Shown one piece after another: positions 55,041-64,000 of a stretch of 64,000 bases of DNA (the stretch's first letter is position 1; every line of letters begins with the position of its first letter). This DNA comes from Microbotryum violaceum. Lineage: Eukaryota. The notes under the pieces were generated by a model. That model was given only the letters and a program-made list of their open reading frames with translations, was not told the origin of the DNA and did not search any database. The stretch is from positions 2,681,591 through 2,745,590 of the forward strand of contig LN717261.1 in NCBI GenBank assembly GCA_001244265.2, in the 5' to 3' direction. Both the position numbers and the translations under genes were made by a program.

Positions 55041-57008
55041 AACAGATTTTGTTTCTTTGCTGTACTTCGTGTTTAACCTCTGCGCTAACATCATGTAGAC
55101 TGTTCGATTATCCTGCTATTTTTTGAATTTCATCCTCCGTTAATTTAACGGGTTCCCACTGGTTTCTCAAAATAAAAATCACACAAGACTGCCCGCGAGA
55201 AAATAAAAATCCTCCAACTCTAGGGTGGTTCAACCCTCGGGAGCCGTCGAGGACGTCGACTGGCTAAGAGTTGACGACGGCGCTTTACATCTGCTTCAGT
55301 CCCCCTTCAGTTCCCATCGCCCGAGATGGCTACGCTGCTGCCTGTTCTCACCTACCTTCAAGACGGCGATCAGCATGCCCTAGGAACGGAAGTCGGCGAC
55401 GAACTGCTGGACGAAGAAGCCAAGACAGCGCTATTCGAAGAGATCCGAGTTCAAGGTTTCCAATCTAATGCTCTTGAGATTGAGGAGGCGCGGCGGAAGT
55501 ATTTGGTGGCTGTTCGATGGTCGGAAGAGAACCTTGCAATGTGACAGCTTTTCAAATGATACCCTATCGCTCGCTAGCTGGAATTGATGGTCCAAGCTGG
55601 GCCTCGTCCGAGTGACAAAGTGACAGCCGCGCAGTGTCGCCGATGCGCCGATCGTCTCTGTCTCGCACAAGAGTCAAGATTTGGTACATGTTACGGACTA
55701 TTGTCCATAGTTTCAATCCGAACTCGCTAGTCTACAACGCATGGTTAGTCTCGTGGCCGCGGGGACGAGAGGTTCGTTCCGAGCGTCGAGGGGAAAAAAC
55801 CTCCGAAGGTGCGTTCGACAAGGCGGGGTAGCAAGGCGAGTGAGATCTTCTGGAGTTTCGGTCGAAGAGCAAGCGGTCGCAGGTTCCCTTGAGTCGGCAA
55901 GTGATTGCATCTGCTGCTCAATCACCTGCTTTGGCTGTCGCTTCGGACCAAAGCTCGGTGGCGGAGGTAACGTTTTCTCCTCTGACCCCTCTTCGGATCC
56001 GAACTTAGAATCATCTCCTGAATCCTTTGCTTCCCCGCAAGGATGTCCTGAATCTAACGCCTCTCCGCACTTGGTTCCGAAAGTCCCGACGAAGGTGAAT
56101 CATCCTCGCTCGCTTTGTCGTCGTCGTCGTCCCGGCAGATTAACACTTGCGCTCTTCCCCCAGTCTTCCTCTTCTTCTGCTTGCTCCCCACTTTCGAATC
56201 TTTGCACGCCCTTGCCCTTCCTGCTTTCCTCCTTACTAGTGGGCATCAATTGCATCGCTTCGGCGGGGGAGGGGGAGGGGGCGTGCGAAGCGGATTTCTT
56301 GAGCCCTAGCTGAGCGCCACTCAGCCGGTCACGCGCCGAGCGTGCCGCTGGTGTCAAGAGCCCACCACCCCCATTGCGATCATTCGCATGTACCGGAGAT
56401 GATCGCGTCGTCCTTGCGTCGCTCGAGGTCGATCGGCTAAAAGCCGGGTCGGGCAATGGCGCGGCGGGAGCTGGATGACGGGTGGTCGAGGCGCGACTCG
56501 ACGACTGCAAAAGAGTTGAGCTCGATCCCGAGATAAACCAGGGACGACTTGAGGATGTGGAAAGAGTCGAGCCGGATTTGAAGGGATTTGACCAGTCGTT
56601 AACGTAAGCCCAAGGCACATTGTCCCGGATCTAGTCTACGAAAGCGAGAGCCGAGAGATCAGCAATGGACACGGAACAAGGGACGGCAAACGGCCAACGT
56701 GAATCGACGAGACTGACCTGTTTCCTCTAAACCCAGATTGTGAGAGTTGATCAGCTCCAGATATGCTGCTGGACCTCGTTTCTCAGCCGCGACCCTAGCT
56801 TCCGTCTTGCCGAAAGCCATCGCGCGCTGTTCAATTAAGCGTAAATCGGCTCGGCGAGCTTCGATTTTGGCAGCCATGGCAGCGAATTGTTGTTCATTTT
56901 CTGGAGCGTTACCATCGGAGCGTTATCATCATGTTCATCATTTCGAGCTGCTGAGCTGGAGTGAGTGGAACTTGAGGTTGAGGTTCCTAAGAAGAGTCGG
57001 GCGCCCGC

Positions 57009-57129
57009 CCGGAGAGGCTAGGAATACGCTGAGCGCTCCGGAGAGGCTAGGAAAATACGCTGAGCGCTCCGGAGAGGCTAGGAAAATACGCTGAGCGCTC
57101 CTGAGAGGCTAGGATTGGCTGACGCTGAG
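57009..57129 (+). repeat. Tandem repeat, 29-31 bp unit, 4 copies
   Basis: CCGGAGAGGCTAGGAA(AA)TACGCTGAGCGCT-like units start at 57009, 57038, 57069 and 57100. Confidence 0.85.
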
Positions 57130-57332
57130 TCAAGACTAGAATGCACGGATGCGCGCTTGAACAATGAGCGTGGAACTCTTACCGCTTAAGCTGAACAGAC
57201 ATCAACTCTCCAAAGCTGCTTGCACAGTGATTTTTAGCGAGAGAGGTGATGTCATGTTGCAGCAGAGCTTGAGAAACCGAAAGGGACCGTGTTGTATATG
57301 TTGTAATTTGATTGATGACCGGCAGATGAAGA

Positions 57333-60300
57333 TCACTTTTGGTGTGCAAGGAGCGCCATATTGAGCTCAGGCGAAATGTGAATGTACTCCTCCCATGAGG
57401 CTAATTTCCAGCGGCCAATGCGTTGAATTTCTGCGGGCAGAAAGCCCCTGAGCGCGAAGTGGGTGGCGCCGCCGGAACGGAGCGAGTGGCCAGAGTATGC
57501 CCTGCCAAACTCCGCGTGAACCCGCATGACAAGCCATGTGCGAGTCGGCGGGGAACCGGTGGACAACAGGAACAGTTTTGCTCCGCTCCCTGAGGCATGA
57601 AAACGAGAGTCACATGCCGCAAGGAAAAGTGGGGACTTGTAGCCTCAGTAACAACCTGAAGATGGGATCCTCGCCAACGTCGGACGGCTTTGTGGTAAGG
57701 GAGACGAACTTGAAAGCCCGATTTGGAGATGACAACAGAGTCGCGGTCCGGTAGCTTCTCCGCGTCTTGAAAGTGTATGGTGTCGGGAAGAGTGAGCTTG
57801 CCACTCCTCACGCAGGCGCCAAATCCCAAGGCAAGCATTGCAAGAAAGCATAGACGATTGTAGTCAAGCAGCGGATCGGAGAGTGCGTGATCAAGTAAGC
57901 TGTTGACCATTTCAAAGGGGAGGGGTTTAGCCTGTACCAGTGCGTGCCTCCAGAGTTTTTGCCCTCCAACGATTGCGGCCCAAACCAAGCAATCAGACCG
58001 CACTTCTTCCCACGTCGAGCCCATGATGGGACCAAGGAAGTGGGCAAGGCCAGAAAGCGTTTGGTGCACAGCGGTGACAGAGCAATAGTGATGAGCAATG
58101 AAGGTGCGCAGTGTGGACACAGTTGGGTGGCCGCTGATGTTGAAGCCTATGTCGTTTTGAACCTGGATGTACATCAACCACTGGCAAAGGGAGTGTTGGT
58201 AGTCGGATCTCGTGCAAGGCTTGAGCACACAAAGGACCAGCTCGTCAGGAAACTTGAGGTCATCTGACAGTGGGTGGACCAAACCTTGCAGGCTTGGTCC
58301 GGGCAGGGGGCGGGAGGCAAAGGAGACACCTCGTCCGCCCCCTGGGCGGTAGGTCGTCATAAAGGTGTCCCCTCCAGCACGCGCAAGGAGGGGTTGAAGT
58401 CATGAAAGGCCGGGAAGGTCCGGCGAAGCCTCGGAAGAGGCAGGCGAGACAGAGCATCCGCCGTGGTATTGTTCTTACCCGCAATGTGTTGGACCTTCAG
58501 GTCAAAGCGGCGGGCGGCGGAGATGGTGAAAGCCCGCAGCGGGAGGAACGGAGTGTCCGAGCACGCATCCAAATCCAGCGCGTAAACTGCGGGTGCGGAG
58601 TCCGTGCGAACCAAGACTCGCCAAAAAGGCCCAAACGCCCCCAATGTAGCGATGTCAAGAGCGATGACCACCGTCAGGGCTTCCGCAACTGGATCCACTC
58701 AAACGTGCGGCCTGGGCACGTGGCAAAGTAGTGGCATCCCCTGGGTAGCGTGAGCCAGAAGCCCAAGCCGGCGCCAGTGTGGTCATCGTTTTGGAGACAT
58801 GCGTCGGTGTAGATGACCAGATGGGCGTCATCGATTGACCAATGAGTCAGGCTCGTTGTGTCGAGGTCAAGCCTTGGGGTGGCCGCCAATAGTCGTGTGA
58901 TCGAGGCAAGCAACTCCCGTACCTCGAGGTTCAGGGGAACTCCCGCATTGGCCTGGGTTTTTGAGCCGATTTTGTTGTATAAAGGTGTGACGTGTGGGCG
59001 GGCCTGAGGCGCCATGTTGAGAGCCCAGCTCAGCCAACCCGTCATCTGGCGCCATTGGCGGAGTGGCAGGCAGCGGCCTGAAAAGTCCAGAAAGGCCTGA
59101 ATTGCGGTTGCGAGGTCGTTGATAGCCTTGGGTGTGAGTGAGATGGAAAATTCGTCTAAGTCGCAATCAATCCCCGTGATGGTTACCCGCCAGCCAAAGG
59201 GGGCTTTGCCCGGTGAGAGTTTGAAGGGGAGGCCGAGTGATTGCCACAGGTCCGCCATCTGTGCCTGCTGCAAGGGTATCATGTGTTGGACGCCATTGTG
59301 AACAAAGGGAACGATTTTATTGGATATGTTTACCCCGAAAGTGTCATCCATGTAGGCCAGAGGGTACTCGATGCCGTAGGACTGCTGAGCGATCCAAACT
59401 ACAAGCGACATGAAGCGGGTCCAGAGATAGGGCATAGCCCGGCAACCAAATACGCTGTGCCACTTGATGTGATACCACGTGACGAGTTCACCGTCCGGCA
59501 ACCACCTCTTGATTGCGATCCCTTGGCGAGCCTGCCAATTCTTTGACATGACAAGGACTTTGAACGCAGAGGAGACGTTGAGCTTCCACAGCACCAAATT
59601 GGGTGTCAGCAATTTGGAGGCAAAGCGGTGCCACCAAAGCAGTTGAATGAGATCAATGATCGTGTCGTAGACCGTGGGACAAGCTGCCCGAGAGATCGCG
59701 TCGTTGAGGCCCGACCTTGTGTGGTCGGCAACAACGCGCATCCGGTGATTGGTTGACTTGACAACAAAGACGGAGCTGTATGTTGCGCCGGGGATGGGAA
59801 AAGGTGTTCCCGCTGATAGCCAGCCCTTGCCAACTTCTTCATTGATGGGTTGATTGGATGAAGCTTCGATGAGTTTCCAAGCGAGAGAAGTCTATTGTTG
59901 ATGGGTTGTCCCCAGAGGCCACGCTGCCATCGTGCTCTGGTTCAAACCCCTCCGAACAAAATCCGAGAACAAAAGACCGGACGAGGTCCTGGTCAAGATG
60001 TGAGCAAAGTGATGTCTCAAACAAGTTGTCCTTGATTGTACGGACAAAATTGAATTGTGACGGGTACATGCATTGTGCACGCTGGATAGAGTGAAGTTGC
60101 GCGGGGGTGAAGGTTGCGGAGGAAGTGAGAAGTGGGGTAGAGGGAGGGTCTGAAGTGGGAGCCTCGAAGTGGAATTGGCGCTGTATGCGGGGTGCCGGCC
60201 CGATGCCAGCAAGGAGAGGGGGGAGGGTGTGCAGCGACAGGGGGACCTGGTCTTCCAAGCTGTTGCCGTTGTCGAGGAATCTACTTCCGAGCGGCAGAAC

Positions 60301-61132
60301 AAGCTGAGGACTTTGCTTCCATTTGTGCGAGTCGGCCGCCAATCCCGGCCTCGAGATTCAAACAGATGTGATCACCAGATCGGTGTCCTTCGGTCTCGCA
60401 GTCCCAGCAAATATGCTCCAGTCTGCACGTTTCAACCGGGTGCGCCTGCCCTCTGTTGAAACGCATGCAAATACAATCGATCTTCGAGAGCGTCGATCTC
60501 TTCTTTGACGGGCCAGAAGCGCTTGGCAGGTGGTGCTTGCGAAACGTCCGCTCCTCGAGCGCGGGTTGGGTTGACAATTGGCTCGCAAGGGTCGCTACCT
60601 TGATAATGATGTTTACGTAGACTGAGTGGCTGGCGTTGGAGAGACCTCGAGGAGAGAGGGCCCGTAGCGCTTGGTTCTGAGCGCAGGGTCCGAAAATGCT
60701 CATCAAAAGCAATTGGAAGCTTGGAGCCCTTCATGCCGCTGTGCACTCCTGCATGCATGTCATCGAGGAACTTGAGGTAATGAGACCAATCCGCTCCCGC
60801 CCACGTGCCAAAAACCTCGTTTTCGACCGCTTGAATCTCTTTCAGAGCGCGGAGATACTCAGGGAAGTTGGTAACGGGAGTCTTGACCTTGTGGGCCTTT
60901 CGCTGGGCTCGCGCTTGGATGCCCGTGAATTTGATGCCATTCTTGTCAGTGTAGGAGTCGAAGAGTTCAGCCTCTTGGGGGTGTACTATGTCGCGAACAT
61001 CTACGTAGGCGCCACACATGATCTTCATGACTTCAATCACGTCCATCTTGATCTTGCCTTGGTGCTGGAGCTTAAGCCTGATGATGCCTGCCGCCGTCTC
61101 GAGACGAGTCGGATCATTGCGTGGGAGCGTGC
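57333..61132 (-). mobile_element. Second DIRS/Ngaro-type tyrosine-recombinase retrotransposon, degenerate and 5' truncated
   Basis: gag CMRFN..CRLEHICWDC..H..C, RT PLAYMDDTFG, RNase H IYTDAC, YR (ATG 58360) HSLRSGGATH..GRW..EEYI. Confidence 0.88.
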
Positions 61133-61369
61133 TGTAAGGCGCGCGCCTTACTACGGGCCACAGGCACTAGAAATAGAGATCCGCGCACCTAGCTTCTTCA
61201 GTTCCCTCCTCATCAGGCTGACACCAGAAGCTAGGTGAGTACTGGTGTTCCATATCTCAGCACTCTTGTAGATGATTGGGCTGACACCAGAAGCTAGTTG
61301 CAATCCATACAACTTGCACCTGTCAGCTTAGGTCGCCAGTGAGGCTCGAGAGCGATCTTGTGCCTTTCA
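61133..61369 (+). mobile_element. Solo LTR (family F, architecture like family D) with non-matching flanks
   Basis: Ends TGTAAGGC...GCCTTTCA. 19-bp direct repeats at 61216-61234 and 61279-61297. Confidence 0.65.
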
Positions 61370-63106
61370 CTTTTTTTTTTGACAACATCGAGTTCATTGG
61401 TACCCCAACGATATGGTCTACATTCATCAGGCCCGGCCGTAGTCGAACCATCGAACCCATCGACTAGCCCAGATTGGTCAAGGCAAGCCAATCCCACAAC
61501 CATAGCACGCACACCCCCAGCCCCAGCACAGCCCAGCACGCCCACACACGCACCACCTTCGCACGCCTCACCAGCCGCCCCCGCACAATCTCCGCGCACC
61601 ATGTCCACATCCACTGCCCCTAGCCCCAGCCCCGCGTACAAGCCCAATGGCCCGCCCCAACTCCACAGCACCTACGCACCGCATCCCTTTCTCCCCTTCC
61701 CCATCTCCCTACTTTTTTTTTGTTTTTGTATGAAACTCATCGCTAATTTGCAAGACGAGAAAACCCCCTACGGAACTAAAGGAGATGCTACCCAGCATGC
61801 ACGATGATGACCACAACCGCCGCTTGATGCGTTGTAACTAGCAGAACAGACCAACCCGATACATCCGAGTTCAAGTCCCCCCCACCCACGGTTGCTCCCT
61901 CCCAGAGACGAATGAAAGGAAGGTTGAAGATTATACACAAGGAATCGGGAAAAGATGGATGAGTCGTTGGTGATGGTACATGTGTTGTACAGGCGAATCC
62001 GATTATAGTCGTACAGTTGAACCTTCTTCGATCTTTTGACTTCAGCCCCCCCTGAGACCGCCATACTCCTTGAAGCCCCTTAATTCTTTGAGACGCGTCG
62101 AACAAGGCCTCCGATGGCACAAACATCCCGCTCAATGCAAATGATTCACGTGGTCCAAAGGGGGAATGTAACCCCCTGCGACCGCAGCAATCACATACCC
62201 CTTGTACCCGTCTGCGCTGGATCTCCACCGCGGATTCCAAACCCCTTTTCGGTTACCAAAGTCGGCCCCCCCTCGCGACCGCACGACCCCAGATCACCCC
62301 CATTCCAATGACTGCAACTGCGAAACAGGCCTACTTCGCACAAAAACACACAATCCAGAGATTTCCGGGGAAAGTCACGGAGCATGTGACAGTCCATTGG
62401 ACACGCCTCGGTCGGGTGCAGCGCGGGCGGGTGGCCGTCAACACCGGCGCGCGGCTGGAGACAAGGGCGGGGTATACCTTCCGCAGGGGCCTCGCTTCCC
62501 TGCGGCGTACTCCCAATCTCGGAACGCACACTCGAGTCCCGTTGTACGTGCAGGTGGTTCCCAATCACCGCAGATACTGGGGAAAGAAGGAGCATGAGGC
62601 CCACGACGGTGATGTCATTGGGTGGGACCTCGCTCGAGTGTGGATGTGTATGGCGGTTCGGTACCCGAGTCACCCGCCGCGGGGCCGCGACTCCGAGCGA
62701 GCAGCAAAGCAAGGAGAGGCGAGCCACGCAGGCAGTTTGTGCCGGCCTTGAACAGGAGATCACGGGGTCGCTCGACCGAAAGAGAAGACAGACCCGGCCC
62801 TTGAGAGGAGTGGAAAACTCACGGTATAGTCCAGGAGAGGGCCAAGGGGATCCGTTTTCGCTGTGTGTCATCGTGATGTGGCAGAAGCTCGAACCAAGGG
62901 CGACAATGCCCGCCGGCGCAAAGAACCCGAGGCTCCTGGGGAGTACGGAAGCCTATGAGGAGGAATGGCAAAAAGAGCGAGAGAAAACAGGTTCAGTATT
63001 CTGGCGTGTTTGGGAGACATTTTGGAGATTGAGAAGGAGGGAAAAGGGACTTGTGATTTTTTGGGGGTTTGGTTTTTGCTTGGATAGGGAGGGAGGGACA
63101 TCTACT

Positions 63107-63477
63107 TCATCGCGCCAATCTGAGCTCCAACCTCTCCTTCAGTCCCGCCATCTCCTTGTCCATGCTCGACATCGCTCTGGCGTGGCGATGGAGATCCCAG
63201 CGTCGGTTGCTGAGAGTGTCGAGCGCCAGCGCAATGAAGGCGCGGATTGGACGCTTTTTCGACGTCGGAAGGCGAGCGCGCAGTCGAGGGAGGCCGTGCT
63301 CGATCTGAAGTGCCGTGTAGTCGAGGTCGAGGATCGACACGACCCCCAGCGCGTCGCAGATAATGGACCTAGCTGCTTGCCAAAATTGAGAAGAGTCAGG
63401 GCAATCATGCCAAAAGTGAGTAAAGTCATCCTCCACCCCTGCCAGGCTGCATGCATGGGCCAGCTCGAGCGCCCGCT
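63107..63477 (-). pseudogene. LINE ORF2 C-terminal fragment (zf-RVT-like)
   Basis: AC..GVEDDFTHFWHDCPDSSQFW matches the C..C..ED..H.F..C..W motif. Stop at 63107. Confidence 0.6.
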
Positions 63478-64000
63478 GCTGGGCGCCCCGCGGCTCGACC
63501 CTCCTCTTCGTCCCGCACCGATCAACAGAATCAGCCCCCCGCGCGTCATGACAACAATGCAACCGATCTTGGCATTGCGACACGTATACGAGCCCGCCGT
63601 GCAGCTGTGCAGAACGGACAGCGTCGTCAGCGCGATGGCCAACTCGACGCTGGGCTCGTCCCACCACCACCTCCGCATAGGCGAGTGCGCCGGGCTCGAA
63701 TCGCGCTCAAACCCCTCAAGCCACCGTTTCGATCCGCGACGACCTCGGCCCCCAGACGGCCGTGTGCACCCACTGCAAGGCTCGGCACTGGGAGTGCGAA
63801 AGGTCGAAGTCGACCAGACACTTCAGCGCGTGCTGCTCGCAGGGCAAGGTGCGGCTACCTCCCCCTCCCCAGCCCAATCTCGAGTATCGGCAGCTTCTTG
63901 AAGGCTCGGATAGCGGTCAGTTGCCTCCGTCCAACAACATTCGTCTGCAGTAGACCCACATGCTGAATTGTGCGATGCACCTACACAGACGCTAATGCAT
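63478..64000 (+). mobile_element. Helitron RepHel N-terminal fragment (runs off the window end)
   Basis: Near-identical to ~53130-53650, with CTHCKARHW..CCSQGKVRLP. Confidence 0.85.

Noticed and set aside
55100-55236. AT-rich stretch ending GGTTCAACCC as a transposon terminus
   Set aside because: No partner inverted repeat or TSD was found in the window.
55260-56960. Short ORFs on both strands between the Helitron and the DIRS element
   Set aside because: Low-complexity translations without identifiable motifs; gene status is unsupported.
57009-57129. Regular ~30-bp repeats (also 19340-19570) considered as a CRISPR array
   Set aside because: The units are contiguous without unique spacers, there are no cas genes, and the context is eukaryotic.
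61600-62900. Possible FAR1/AFT-like zinc-finger relic (CTC..CGCVWR)
   Set aside because: The frames are fragmented and no His pair could be placed.

Overview
Intron-rich, GC-rich fungal DNA. The splice signals, TE families and CpG-type mutation pattern fit a basidiomycete such as a Microbotryum-like Pucciniomycotina; this is inference only. Most of the window is nested, degenerating transposable elements: two full-length Ty1/Copia elements, Copia, Gypsy and LINE fragments, about seven solo or partial LTRs, two DIRS/Ngaro tyrosine-recombinase retroelements, several Helitrons, a deleted Mutator element and a 7.65-kb long-TIR DNA transposon. Host genes are a secreted Kelch-repeat protein, a frameshifted GPR1/FUN34/YaaH transporter, a pseudogenised NAD(P)-dependent aldehyde reductase, a Cys-rich GPI-like protein, a DUF202 protein and two orphan membrane ORFs. 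A small mitochondrial group I intron fragment (NUMT) is also present. Two systems stand out. (1) Six sequence-distinct LTRs, plus a truncated seventh, share one architecture: a direct repeat ending in YAG, a GT splice donor, a spacer, then a second copy of the repeat. This looks like a 58-97 nt spliceosomal intron inside the LTR, and the duplicated repeat could regenerate it at each round of reverse transcription. One family occurs here in both intron-containing and precisely intron-less forms. (2) The long-TIR transposon carries a GCM-like zinc finger/MULE-type DDE transposase followed by a complete USP-like cysteine protease (deubiquitinase-like) domain. All calls come from reading the sequence by eye; no searches were run.
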